Shown here piece by piece: positions 38,640 to 52,659 of a stretch of 64,000 nucleotides of DNA. This DNA is from Vicugna vicugna (lineage: Eukaryota): assembly GCA_013265495.1 (NCBI GenBank), contig MU057377.1:372001-436000 (forward strand), read 5' to 3'. Numbering within the stretch: position 1 is the stretch's first letter; the number at the start of each line of letters is the position of its first letter. The notes beneath the pieces were generated by a model. That model saw only the letters and a program-made list of their open reading frames with translations, had not been told where the DNA came from and ran no database searches. The position numbers were made by a program, and so were the translations under genes.

Positions 38640-39110
38640 TTCTGCGCGCACAGCCCCTCCTGCTGCGGCCCCGTTAGGGTGAAGGCAGCATCTGCCACGG
38701 ACGCTAGAAGCGCAAGGCACCTCCCCGGCCCGGGCCGCGGCCTCACCTGTGAGTCCCGGCGGACAGACGCAGGCGTAGCCCGAGGCCTGGGCGCGGCTGG
38801 AGGGAGAAGGCCGCCGGGCGCCGCGCCCGCGCGCGGTCTCCGAGGACAGCGCCACGCACTGCCCGCCCGACTGGCAGGGGTGGCTGCTGCATCCGTCCAC
38901 GTCGGTCTCACACTGGGCACCCGTGTATCCTGCGGGGACAGGTGCGGAGAAGCTTCTCAGCCACTGAGCGCGTGCCGGGAGGAGGCCGGCCACCGCGCTG
39001 GCTCCGACCAACAGCACGATGAGCGCCGCTCGAGGAGCTGGGGAGGGCGGTCTGGTAAGGGAGGCGCCCATGAACTTCAGAAACAGTAGACCGGGAGTCA
39101 CCGGTGTCAT
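38640..39110. other. CpG-rich patch centred on exon 5
   Basis: High CpG density over the exon and about 100-180 bp of each flank, within an AT-rich intron. Confidence 0.75.
38747..38929 (-). CDS. CRB1: CRB1 exon 5 (183 bp), atypical EGF repeat with a long insert loop
   Basis: Acceptor ctgtccccgcag|GATAC and donor ACAG|gtgagg. Translates to GYTGAQCETDVDGCSSHPCQSGGQCVALSSETARGRGARRPSPSSRAQASGYACVCPPGLTG. Cys spacing and the LSSE...ASGY anchors match CRB1. Confidence 0.96.
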
Positions 39111-39129
39111 GTCCACCAATGCTTTTAAT

Positions 39130-39313
39130 AAAGACTATATACAAAATTAATAAACAAGGTCCTACTGTCTAGTACAGGGAACTCTATTCAATATCCCGTA
39201 ATAACCTCTCACGAAAAAGAATATATATATACATGTATAGCTGAGTCACTATGCTGTGCACCAGAAGCTAACACAATATCATAAATCAACTATACTTCAA
39301 TTTGAAAAAAAAA
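39130..39313 (+). mobile_element. Short artiodactyl-type L1 3' end, about 200 bp from the exon 5 acceptor
   Basis: aacaaggtcctactgtctagtacagggaactctattcaatatc...ctgagtcactatgctgtgcaccagaa...aatcaactatacttcaat followed by poly(A). Confidence 0.85.
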
Positions 39314-39699
39314 GATTGGATGAATAAGGCTTGAAATGAAATGGAACTTTCAGATAACCTTGATTTAACCTGGACATTTTAACTAAATATTCCAACTCCT
39401 CAAATATTCCAATTGTTTGCATTTTAAGCAAGAAAAAAAAAGATACATTTTCTCCAGAAAATAGCTGTAAAGTAGGCAGTATCCACACAATCCACCCTAA
39501 ATTCTGCTCTTAAAACTCAGAATAAAGATAAATGACTATTTCCTAGCACTCAGAGAGGCAGAATAAAAAATTATTTTGTATTTGAATGGATTTAGCTGGG
39601 TCATTTCATCAGGGAGAAGAATAAAAATAATAAAACATGAATGATTTCCTACTTCATAAAACACTTAAATATTAAATATAAAAAAAGATCCCTACCAGA

Positions 39700-40330
39700 A
39701 CGATTTCTTGGTTTGATATACATATCCATCTCTTAAATAGATCCATGTATATGTTTGATGTGTGTGTATTAACAAAATTGGAACTGTACCACACACATTC
39801 CTCTACAACTTGCTTTTTTCACTTCCTTGCACAATCTATCCATGTTCGTAACAGATCTAACTCATAACTTTAAACTAGCGCTAAGTATTCCGTAACACAG
39901 ATGTGCCCAATTTGACCATTTCCATTCCCTTAGTGAGTTTATACACCTTTTTGCTATTAGAAACAAAGTTGCAGTGAATATTATTATATACACGTGCAAA
40001 TGTCTAACTCTGGGGTCTGTGCCTAGGAGTGGGGACTTGGGGTTATAGGTTATGGATTTTTTTATTTTAATAGACGCTGGCGCACCTCTAGGGCAATTGT
40101 ACAATGCACATGCTGACCAGCGCTGGAGGAGTGTGTGGGAGGCCCCAGACCTCTGCTAATATTTGCTACCACCAAATAAATGTGTTTGACAGTTAGTTTA
40201 AAGAAAACATACCTCATTGTTGTTCTGGTTTACATTTTCCCCAGTTACTACTGAATTCAGTATTTCAAAAATTATTTTATCGTTTCATGTCTTCTTTCCA
40301 TTTGTCCACTAGGTTGTTTTCCTCATTGAC
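39700..40330 (-). mobile_element. Old L1ME-like 3' fragment
   Basis: caacttgcttttttcactt, tttttgctattagaaac..gcagtgaatatt, cctaggagtgggg, tacctcattgttg. Confidence 0.6.
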
Positions 40331-43300
40331 TTGGAGCATTTCTGTGCCCTGCTGAGTGCTCGTCCAAAAGCGTGAATTCAGTAAGACGCTAATGCAGCAC
40401 TCGGGAGTGTGACCAGGGCACCATCAGCTGTGCTGTGAGACGGTGAGGGAGATGCGTGAAGTCCTTAAAGGAACACAGTGTGACTTCGATACAAGTGACT
40501 TCACTCTCAGCCAAGGATTTTGTCATGTCACTTAACTGCTGAGAAATACGTTTTTAAAATAAAATTTACAATCCTAAATTGTAAAACTTATAAATCAAAT
40601 CACGGAATTTCTTAAGTTTGAAACTATTCAATGGCTTCACTTTTCACACAAAAGAGAATTCAGAATCCTTAACCTAAATGGCCCCTTATTATCTGCCTAT
40701 TCCCACCTCTACTAGGATGTTTTCCACCCCAGGGCCTTTGCAACGTCCCTCTCCTACAACACCCCCTCCCAGACCATGCTTGGGTAACTCTGCTTGTCAG
40801 ACTTGTGTGACTTTCTCAACCTGTCTTTGCCTCATGGACGGATCTGAACAGCATCCTTTTGTCTTCTCTCGCATACCCAATTCTTTTCCTTCATTGCTTT
40901 ACAATGATTTTTATTGCAAACTTGGTATTTATGGTTGTATTTTCAAATTTATTTATTTATATAGATGTCTTCCTCAACAGACTGAAAACTCCACAAATGC
41001 AGGGACTGTGTTTTTTTTATTCTCCACTCCAGGACTGGGCAACGCCCAAGTGGCAGGCCTCCAATGAACGCCTGAATGAGAGTCAGACAGTTCTAACCAA
41101 CAACTCAGATTATAATCCTAGTTTAGCAAATAAACCAGAGAACTGACGAATTCTTAACAAGCAGATGATGAGACTATGATGTGACGGCTCATTTTGTAAT
41201 TTTAATAAAAATCTGGGTGGAGTCCTATGTCAAACTGTAACCACCACATAAATTCTGTTGCTTAGCTATACAATACCTTTGTCACAATTGACCCCTGGGG
41301 TCTTTCTTACCCATCCAACTTAGAGCTGAAAAAGGAAACTAAAAGCACATGTCAGATCAAGATCCCACATCCCTCTGGAGTGACCCTGCCCATCTCCCAC
41401 AACTCAGTCTCTTAAGCCTGAATGTCTACTTTTAAAGCGCTTTTACTTCATACTTGAAGATCTGCAAATATTCACTAAATAATGCTTTTTGCAACATGTT
41501 TTTATAAACCGGTATCTGTTGTGCTACAGTTGGCTGACTAAAGAAAGTTCTGACTATTTTTCATTCTCTTCTCATTCTAAGTTGCAAGACTCACACACAG
41601 GCCAGGTTAGGAGGTAATTTAGAACCTTCATAAATTCTTCTCCGCTCTTCAGCTCATGCGTCATCTTATTCCTGTTCTGAATGTTAGGAAGGTTCTGATT
41701 TATGGCCTCACCAGTCCCGTCCCCACCACTGAGTCCTGCGGGGATTTTGTTTACTGTTCCTTTAACCGTGTATATAAATAGATTCCTTCAGTCAAGGCTA
41801 CATTCAATAGTTTGAACAAGTTTTTCTATAGAACCCTGTACAAAGGAAACAATATGATGCTGAATCAAGACCCCAGGGTTCTTAAATTATATTGTTTTTT
41901 TTTTAAAAAAAATCCAATCTTTCCTGGGTAACAGGAAATCTTTTAAGATAAGCATTTAAGGTGACTGACACTTCTTGTGATTAATTACTTCTGAAATGAG
42001 GACCCCAGGCAATTGGAGCAGTGAATTCGTGCCATCGTGGGGTTCTGTGGCAGTGGTCCTGTGACCAAAGGAGTGGTCTCCTTTCCTTAGATGGAGGGTA
42101 GCTGGCCATATTGAGTCTTCTCTAACTTTATATATAACTTCATATGTAACTGTGGGGGTTGGTACAAAGGCACTCTGTGTTGCCTCTCTAGGCAAAATCC
42201 TCATCCATCATCACCCAGGAGAGAAGCTCCCAAGTAGCACTGTCCTAACCCTGTGCCCCTTTCTCCATTCCCGATCATTTCCACCCCCAGGGGCTCTCCT
42301 GGCCATTCACGCCCTCGTCTCCACCCTCAGCACCTGCGTCTTGTCCCTGTGTGAACCGCTGCAGGGCTCTCCCACTGGATCCCCTGCCATGAGCCCCTCC
42401 TCTCAATCGTCCTGCACTCCAGGGCCAGGAAGCTCGCTTTAAATTAACAAGTCAGACTGTGTTACTTCCTGGTCCCCGAGTCTGCAGGGCAGACAAGCAG
42501 CGGGCAAGCTGGCTTCAGTCTCCTCTTGCTCCCAGCCCCGTCTCTCCACCATTAGCCGTACGTCGTCCGGCACTTTTGAACAATCAAGTGCTCTTCTCCA
42601 CGTCCGCCTGCTGCCCTCTCTTTCTCCCCTCCCTCTTCTGTGCCTTCCTCTCTTCTCTCCTTAAATAAGCAATGAGCTACCATTGTGCTGGCCATGGGTC
42701 TAGAATGGTCAGTCTCCTAGTCTGGAGACATCTAATGGGCATTTCCGGAGGGCTTGCTGGGGCGAAGGCTGAGCTGGGAGCGCCTTCTGTATTGCTGGAC
42801 TCAGCTCCACAGCAGCACTTCTGGCGGGGGTGGATATCATTCCATCATCTGTGCTTTATCAGTCCATAAGGAAGCCAAGGCGCAGGGCGGTAACGAGGCC
42901 AGCCACCCGCTGGCGAGCAGCTTTCTGGGACGTGCTTAGAGGTCTTCCAAGTTTCTGAGCTGCTGCCTCTGTGCTCGAGCCCTCCCGGAACTTCTCGCCT
43001 TACTCCCGTCTACAGAATGTACTAGGGCTTCCTGCTGCGCTTGAAACTGTACTGTACACATCTTTTCACACTACATCCCTGCTAGAATTTAAGCTCCTTG
43101 GAAGAAGGGACCACAGCTTTTTGATCCCCAGGGCCCTGGTGTATCTATAGTCTGTGCTGAAATCCGTGTGGCTTGAATGAACGGAACACACCCTGGTCTT
43201 TTTTAGACAGCTCTTCTCAACTGCCTGACTCCCTCCCAGACCCTCTGAGAACAGAGGTCTCTTATGCCCAGTTTCCACCTCCTGGTGCAGAACTCGGTAT

Positions 43301-44775
43301 TACTAACACAGGGTGGTGCCCCCATCCCCGTTACGTGCAAGTACCTGTTACCTGCCAGGCTCTGTTTTTATGATTTTACTCCTCACAACAGTCCTCTCAG
43401 TAGTTTCTTTACCCTTTGCTGGTGGAGGAGGAATTTCAGAATTAAGAGGTTCCTCAGCTGGCAAATGGTGGACTTGTCCTGCTCCCAAACTGTGCACCCA
43501 GCCTCTGCTTCTGGACAGAGATCCTCTCTAGAGTGTTGACTGAATGCTGAGTGATGGTTGATGACAAGAATGTGGAATAACAGGTTTTGAAAAAAATTCA
43601 GTATTATGGGATGGCCTGTTGATTCAAGTGTTACCATCCTGCTTCCTACTGACCACAGCCAACGAGCAAAGGATAACTGGTGTGTGCACTTTGCTACCTG
43701 GACGTGGGAAGACACGTGGCACACAGGTTTCTGAGCCACAGGAGGATTCCAAACTTCCTTTTGTGTGTTCGTGTTTGTTTCTTTGTTTTGTTTTTTACTT
43801 ACAAAATATATTTAACCAAAGCACGTTAACTGTTCCTTAGGCAATGAGACAGCTTTCCGTTGGAAGCTACTAGTGACTGGACTGAGCTCAGCCTCCAGCT
43901 TTCCTCCCCAGCCTTGCCTTACCCTCTCCTTAGACAATCAGCTGTGGTGGGGGAGGGAGGAGACAGACGATCAGCAAGCTTATAACAGCTAGATTTTGAA
44001 TAATCATAAGGTTATCATTTCTTCCAATGGCTCAAAAAAGAAGAGGAGTGAAATGCTCTTTCATTTCCAGCCATAAAATCCTGGTAAGAATTTGGTTAAA
44101 CTATGTCAAGCAGGTTGTTTGCCAAAATTAACATCGATATTTACGGGTGGCTCTTGGATTCAATGTCACATACTCTTTCCTACCGATTCTGGCCTCACCT
44201 CTACACTCAAGTCTAACTACCTTCGCAGGGTCATTTTTAGTTCTGCTTTATATATGCTTAGCTTGTGTTTTCTTCACGTTGTGAGTGGCTAGGAGACTAC
44301 ACCTACTTCTGGAATGTCTTTCTGTCCCCTCTACAGGGACCAGCATAATCATGTTGACTGACTCCACGAATTCTAATACCAGCTCCTAGGATTTTAATAT
44401 TATTTCATGGGTGTTAATATTTTCTAGTTCTCAAAGCAATCATCTTGCAGGAAAAGGAAACATCATCCAGTGAATCTTTCTCCATGAAGACCATGCTGAA
44501 ACTGACCCTTCCATTGAATTTTTTTTCTCCTCTCTGTTTCTTCTAGAAAATTCTGATCACTGGGCAGCTTGGTAATCTGCTTTAGGCATTGCACAGCGCA
44601 GCAGTGAGTTGGTGTGAGCACTGAAGGGTACAATTAAATGACGAGAACTAGAAGAAAGACTTGGTTTTAAACGTTTATCAACAAGAACTTTCAGTTTATT
44701 TTCCGTAAACGATTAGCTTCTATTCTAAGCAAAAAACAAACAAAAAAATATTGTGGAAGCTGTTTCGTCACTTAC

Positions 44776-44915
44776 CAGGCCAGCAGTGACAAATGTAACC
44801 GTCAGCACCGTCCTCACATGTCGCATTATTGTGACAGGGCTTTGACCAACACGGAGGCACCGGGGTCTCACAATGCGTCCCTGTGAATCCACTTCCTGTG
44901 CAGTTACAGCTGTAG
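44776..44915 (-). CDS. CRB1: CRB1 exon 4 (140 bp), EGF repeats
   Basis: Acceptor ttgactctccag|CTAC and donor CCTG|gtaagt. Translates to [47 protein letters not shown]. The ORF track does not show this frame. Confidence 0.96.
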
Positions 44916-47498
44916 CTGGAGAGTCAAGTGAAATTTTCACGTCATTGCTTGGTCATATTGAGATCAACTATCTGCCTCCCGTCTCTTCACCTGTCCATCA
45001 ACCCCAGACCCGTGGCCTGGTTTTAATACTTATCAAAAACCTCGAGGCGTTATCACCACAAGCCTGAGAGCATTATGCGTTTCCGTATCAATATCTTACT
45101 ATCTTTGAAAATTTATAACATGGCTTTCAGTCAAAATTATCTAGCAACCATGGTTGTTTACTTCAATTTCATCATCATAAATTGAAGACACTCATACCTT
45201 TGTTGGAGTTGTTGGGATAATCACATGTGCATATAAAGAACAGATACAGCATGCCAAAGAGCAGAAAATACTGCCTAAAACTACTAAACAGGTCAAAATA
45301 AAGTTGTTAATATTTGTGAGGGTGGTAGAGAATGATTTATACCATCACGGCACATTTTTATAGCGAGAGCCCAGTAATAAGGTCCCTTACGAAAAATGAA
45401 ACAATAAATTATGAAAAAAAACAGGAAAAGTTCTCATTCTATACATTGTGACTTACGTTCTCTCATTTTTAGACTACAGGAACACTTCAGTCTTTCTGTT
45501 TATAAGCGCTCATTGACTGAGCGGGATTATCTGACAGCCCTAAAATACGAATCTGACGGGGAAAGTCGGTCACTTTATCAAAAGCTGGCTTTCAATTTAG
45601 ACAGCACCTCCTCAAGGACTTTGTGTCACAAAAACATAGGCTTACACACCCAGCTTAGATAAAGTGAGGGTCTGGGGGCGAGGACACCTACGGTTTTGTA
45701 AAGAGGAACAGTCCTGTTCACCACAGCTGTGTGTCCATTTACCTCTAACATGAATATTAAGACTTCACTAAGGAAACTGAAATATTAGCAAATACAATAA
45801 GTGGCTATAATTTTTATACATCATTTTGCTAGTTAGAGACTCTCTATTCAGTATTCCATTTATCTAATTAAGAATACCTACTAACAATCTACCATATGGG
45901 AGACATTCGAGACAAGAGCCCCGTGCTCAAGGCTGGCAAGTGGACCTCAGTTCATGGAACCAGAGTCTCCATTTATGTCTTCCTTTGTCTGCAAGAACCT
46001 TCCATGGGGTATAGTTTCTGACTCTCCCGCGTACCTCACAGCGAACGTGTTAATTTTTTGTTGTGGGAACATTAAGTCAGGTTGTATTTGCTGACCTTGG
46101 GATGATCTCCCGAAATCCAGGCAGTAAGAGAGATACGGACACAAGAGAAGAAGTACTATGTCGCACATCCAGGTGAAGAGAGGAAGCCAGCCAGGTTTCA
46201 GCCTTGATCTGTCTGCGTGTCTGTCACTTCTCTCCTGACACTTTCCGGAAATGGTGAGGCAGGGCTGGGAAAGTCTCCTCTTTTCATCTGGAGCAAAGGT
46301 GTGGAAACTGCCAATCTGTCTGTCTACATGTTGGCCAGTTACCTGTCTCCAGGAACGATGTTCGTGCCACTGGAGAATGATTTGGGTATCACTGAAAGTA
46401 ACTGGCGAGACATGGAATATGATCAAACATGATGCTTTATCGTTTACAAAAGAGATGCTCTCCCATGTTGCTCTATTTTAAAATCTTATTATTTTCTGTA
46501 TCTATTGGAAGTGCACATGCCTTTTATTGCTACCCTTTTGAGTCTGATTCATTGCAAAATTCAGATTTGGTAATAAATTACATCTCACTTATTAATTAAG
46601 GATAGCCGGATATGAGTCCTCCTTTTGCAAAGAATTAACTGTCTGGATTTGTGGGGGTCACCTAGCTTCCCAGCACGTTAGACTCACTGTCATGTGGGAG
46701 CTTTAATGCCCACCTTGTCTTCTGGCTCCTGAAAGAGCCACCAAAAATCTGTTCAGGGCTGATGCTGTTAAAAGCTGTCCTGTGTTTTATAATGCAATAC
46801 CTGCAGTGTAAGTAAGTATTAGAAAGTTCTTTAAAAAATATTTTATATGAATTCAACTGCTGTTACCCAAATTTATTATATGCATGCTATTAAGGTGTAA
46901 TTTATTGTTTTGTTTTTGCTGAAAAGCCAATGATAGACTCTAATTTGGAACAGAATCACATGGCTACTTATCATTCTGCTGTCTCAAAAGTATTCACCAA
47001 TTCCCCAAACACTTAGAAATTCAAGATATAATTAATCTGATATCATTGCCCTTTCCAACACTGTTTATATAAAATTCTTAAAGGATTTATTTTTCATCAC
47101 TTGATTTATGTGCTTGCTATTATATAAATGCAAGCTTATATTCACATAGAGAATAATCTTTAGCTTTTGCTTTGTTTTGTTTTGCATCTACAACGGAGAG
47201 GGAAGAGAGATCCCCTTTGTTTCATGGAGTTGGAAAGCTGGCACTTTTCTGTCATAGAAGCAGTTCTAAACTGTTATGAAAATGACTGGGAAAATGCTCC
47301 TTCTTGAGACCGATGACTTCCAAAGAATGCATTTTTTCATAAAATCTGAATGTTACAACTTTTGGTCATTTAAAGTATAAAGCAATCTGAACACTGTAGG
47401 CCGTGGATGCGAGAGCTCCAGGTTCATCAGAGCGGTGTCACAGCTCTCGGTCAGCAAGTCCTCTCCATGCCAGCGACCCAAACGCAGGAGAAAACCTA

Positions 47499-47822
<324 letters not shown>

Positions 47823-48044
47823 TTAATTGTAATCGATATTAACTTTCTGGCATGCCTGTGGGAAGTTACACAAAGCAGAGCAGCTGTTACTTACAAAGAA
47901 AGATCGCGTTCAACAGCTTGCGGTTTTTGAGTCCAGGGAAACAAATCATTTTTAGAACAAAGTTATTGTTTACTGTACTTTTGTTGGGAGCCTGAAAGGG
48001 ATTGGCCAATGTCTTTAAATTATTTTTAAATTCTTAGTTTAATG

Positions 48045-48260
48045 AGGCACCATATTGAGCAGTGGGTAAAAAGCTCAGACTTCAAAGCCAAACAGCCTGG
48101 GTGGGGTTAGCCTCTGTCAGCTGTGTGACCTTGGGCAAGTCCCTTAACCTTTCCTTACTGCAGTGTCTTCACCTGAAAAGCGGGAGAAATGGTTGTCATT
48201 GCCCCCAGGAGATAATGGTAACAATTACAATGCATTCTACAGTGCTTATGATAGTACCTC
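48045..48260 (+). mobile_element. MIR SINE
   Basis: Core agctgtgtgaccttgggcaagtcccttaacctttc...cagtgtcttcacctgaaaagcggg. Confidence 0.8.
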
Positions 48261-49547
48261 GGGGGCACTGTGTTTGCTGGAGAAAAAAAGAAATACTTGT
48301 TCTTTTCAAACATTTATTGTACAAAAGTGATGTGCAACCATTTCCTTGAGTGCTCCTTTTGCATAGAAACTTTCAAATTTAAATTTTTCTATAGTGTTGT
48401 AAAATACGATTTTTAAATGGAAAATCGGTCTGTGACTTACATGCATTGTGATGAGTGATATTAGTGGAAGCTACTTCACTTTAGGGTAACATTACATTTA
48501 ATCCCCCCAAATAGTAGACGAAGATTGTTTACTAAGCAAACAAAGTTTAGGATTTACACGCACTGAGAGAGCAAGCTGACTTAGTGAATCTGTCAAAATA
48601 ATATTTGATACACAACGATCAAATCTGCATATAGGTTTTAAAAGACACGAGAAGGGAGGCTGTCTGTATTTGTCCATCTTTATTTCTGTGCCTATTATCC
48701 AGGGTGGTGAACTGTGTATTAAAATGATATTGAGGGATTTTCAAATGACTCAGAAGTTTTTAGTAGTTTGATGGATTTTGTGGCCCCCTTCCTGACGGAA
48801 GATGCAACAGGACATTCTCCCAGCACCTGGACTTAGAACAGTGACTAGCTTCTACAAACCCCGAAGTGAGAAGGGACGGCAGCATGCTCAATTAGATTGT
48901 TTTCTGAGAAGAAAAAGAACTTAAATTCCATGTCAGTGAAGATGGAAAGTTGTGGGATGGCACTGGTCACAGGTAAGCGGCTTGCACGGGGGCCTGGCTC
49001 TTTCTCACCCAGTCTGTGAGCAAGACTTCCCGTGTCTGTTTGACGCGGCATCCGTGAGGTTGAGGGAGAGCCCTGAGTGGGCCAGTGGATGATCTGGGTC
49101 CTCATTTCGTCTCTGAAACAGCGTTTCAGTCATATTTTAGTATCTATTTCTGTCATGTCAAATAATACAATAACAGATGCCTCTTTATATTTTCCAAGAA
49201 TGTATGAAGGACAAAAAATGATCAATTCTTTTAAAAAATGTTTTACACAATTTTTTTTAACATATATAGCAACTCAGGCTATAACGTGTTGGTCCTCTAC
49301 TAAAACAACACTGACCAATGACGACCTTGAGAACAGAACTCTGCTCACCCAGGGACGTCCGACCCTCGGGGCTCCCTGAGTGGGGGCAGCTGGCACTTAC
49401 TAGACCCCCACCACACGCGAGGCAGGCTGAGGGGATGTGACATCGGTTATGTCCCTTGGAATTTTAGTCATCTGTATTTGCTGAGAAGTATTAACATGTA
49501 AAGCCAAACCAGTGGTTTAAAAGTGGCTAACATTTCCTCTAAATTTT

Positions 49548-50217
49548 TAAATTTATTTCTAATTGAAGTATAGCTGCTGTACAATATTATATAAGTCACA
49601 GGTGTGCAATACAGTGAGGCACAATTTTTAAGGGCTTTTCTCCATGTATAGCTATTATAAGCATTGGCTCTGTTCTCCATGTTGTACCATATCTTTGTAG
49701 CTCATTTTACACCTAACAGTTTGTAGCCCTCGCCCTCCCCTCGCCTCACTGGTCACCACTAGTTTGTTCTCTGTATCTGTGAGTCTGCTTCTTTTTTTTT
49801 ATTATATTCTACTAATTTGTTCTATGTTTTAGATTCTACATATACGTTGTATCATACAGGATTTGTCTTTCTCTGTCTGACTTATTTCACTGAGTGTAAC
49901 ACCATCCAAGTCCACCCATGCTGCTGCAAATGGCAAAATTTCATTCTTTTATATGGCTGAGTAGTATTCCACAGTATATACACACCACGTCTTCTTTATC
50001 CAGTCGTCTGTTGATGGACACTTAGGTTGCTTCCTTATCCTGGCTATTGTAAATAGTGCTGCTGTGAACATTGGGGTGCACATATCGTTTCAAATTAGTG
50101 TTTTTGGCTTGTTTTGGATATACATGCCAGGAGCGGGTCGCTGGGTCATACGGCAGTTCTATTTCCAGTTTTTTGAGAAACCTCCATGCTGTTTTCTACA
50201 GTGGCTGCACCAATTTT
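49548..50217 (-). mobile_element. L1 3' end (antisense)
   Basis: aattgaagtatagctg..., tttgtctttctctgtctgacttatttcactgag, tatggctgagtagtattcc, gatggacacttaggttgcttcc. Flanks share the degenerate repeat aaca.tt..tctaaatttt. Confidence 0.9.
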
Positions 50218-52659
50218 CTGCAACACTTTTCTAAATTTTATTTCATAACTCAAATAAAATTTGTATCTTCATCTGCTATACACCCAGGTTGCTTCCAAAT
50301 TCTTAAGAAATACATTATAAACCATTGTTTTAAACACTGCAGCTCCATTTATAACAATGCAGTTCAAACACTTTAGCTGCAAAGTGATCCTGATGCAAAT
50401 GTAAGAATGTGTTTCAGTAGCTCAGATACAATTTCAGTTCAAACAAGTATTTGCTCTGGATTAATGTGATTTGTTTGTATGACTCTTAATACTGCTAACA
50501 ACGTGATTCTTATTGCAGCTTTTCACTGCTACTAATGTAGGAACAAGTGATTTGGTCTACGCCTGTGTGATGCCAAAATAGCTGGGAGAAAAGCGGTAAC
50601 TAGTCAGTCACCCAGATGTTTTTGTATTTCCAGATCCTTGGCTTCATAGATAAAACATCTGGAAACCGTACTGTGATTTTCGTTTTTCATTTGGATGTTT
50701 ATCATTACATGCGTACAGCCATTCAATACAGACAATTAATTGTCCTGCAGAAACATAACCTGAACTGTGTGGTCCAGCCTCTCTGGAAACATGCATTTTA
50801 TGGCTACTGTTCCTATGTAACCAGACCCTCACCATCTCTCATCTGGTCTGACTGCTACTGGCTTCTCTCTTCCAAACCACTCTCTACATTGAGGAGAGTC
50901 ATATGTGTAAAATACACATCTGATTTTCCCATTGTCTGCATAAATGTTTAAAATAGTTTCCCCTTGTCTCCAGGAAAAAGCACAGTTGCCCTGGAATGCT
51001 GTAGAAGCTTCTAAAAGACGTGGACTCTGTTGGGGTCACCTACGGGGCTGCTCCTGTGCCCACTGTCCCTCCTGCCCCCAGGCTGCACACGGCCGTCCTC
51101 CTTACTGGGATGCCCACCCCTCACTCCCCACTCCCCCTGGCCGTTTCCAGTTAGTTCCCCAAGACTGAGTTCTAGTACCACATGATCCTGGGAACTGTAC
51201 TTAACCACTTATACCTGCCTAGAGTGCCACTCCACTGAAAAATAAAAATACATATTGTATTTTACAGAAATTGTTTGTCAACTTTATTTACAAAATTGTT
51301 AGCTTTTTGAGGTCAAAGTCTTTGTCCTTTAACACCAAGATCTGCGGCATTTAGCACATATTCTGGAACATAGGAAATGCTCAGTGAGCTGTCAATGATT
51401 GAATAACCCACTATTCCCAGCTCTGGAATGACCCACCACTCTCATGGAAGACGTGACCTGCCAGGACGGGACATCTCAGTGCTTCCCCAAGCCTGGGCCT
51501 TCTCAAAATCAAAAGCCACAACGCCAAATTTACGGCTTTGGTAAATGTCTAAAGCAAAGCATTGTTTCTGAATGATTGTGCCCTAAGCTTCTGATCAGCA
51601 TTTAGAGATTTTGCACCTCAATAAGAACCTTTCAGCGATTAGGGATTGCGGGTAACACTGCACAGGCTAGATAATTCGCATCGTGGGTTATCAGCCTGGA
51701 GCAGGTCTGGCCACTGACGCCGTCACCACCCATCTCAGTGGGGAGAGAGCACACTGTATGCGCCGTGTGGCATTGACAGACCGCGCTGGTCACCTTTCTC
51801 ATTGTCTGCAGGGTCCACGCTTGGGAAATAATTCTTCTCTGGCTTTGGGTTACCATCCTAAGTTTCAGAGTCCACCCAATATATTTAACATCTAACAAGC
51901 CTCCATGCACAACGTTTTCCTTTAGAATAAGGATTACATATGCTATTTCCAGGTTCCTTCAGGAATGATGTATGTTGTGTCCTTTACAACAGTTATCAGT
52001 GCAAATCTGGACCAAGGGTTGTGCAAAGAGGTAGTGTAACGTGTAACACACGTTTCCATGACAGCCGCAGATTTACAGTATGTTCTATACATATCATGGT
52101 TGTGATGTTGTAACAGCCAAGAGCAAGAAAGGGGACTGTGTGACTTCCTGCTCTGATTAGTAGTGCCAAGCAACTATAATAATAATTAGCAAGATGCTGT
52201 GAGAGATTCAAGTTGGGATTTTTATTTTCAGTGGGAACATCTTTGGGATTTTCATCCGATAAGATTTCTGGCTTGTGCATTTAGACACACCTTTTCTAAG
52301 GATACCAAAAAGGAATAGAACACCTTTGAAAAAGCATTCACTTCAAGTAGACTTTACACACCGGGGACTCATCTCTGAAGGACAACTAAATTTCCTCAAT
52401 TCCAAGACTGCTCCCTTCTCCCTTCGTGTTTTTAACTTCTAGACACTACTATGGACTTCACCATCAATAGTGTCTTGGGGTTGTGTTATATTTCAGTTGC
52501 ATAATTTTTCTTTCTTACTGTATATGAAATGAATGTAAATATCAGTGATGAATTTAACCCTGATGAAATGCAGAAATCCCTTTATTATTTTTAATACTAT
52601 TTATTATATTTTATTATTGCTTACTGTTTCTATTCCTAAGTATTATTAGTACTCTATTA

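Noticed and set aside
38541..39119. 192-aa ORF with a hydrophobic stretch ahead of an EGF domain, resembling a standalone secreted protein
   Set aside because: It is exon 5 read through GC-rich intron flanks. The listed start is not an ATG, and good splice sites bound the EGF part.
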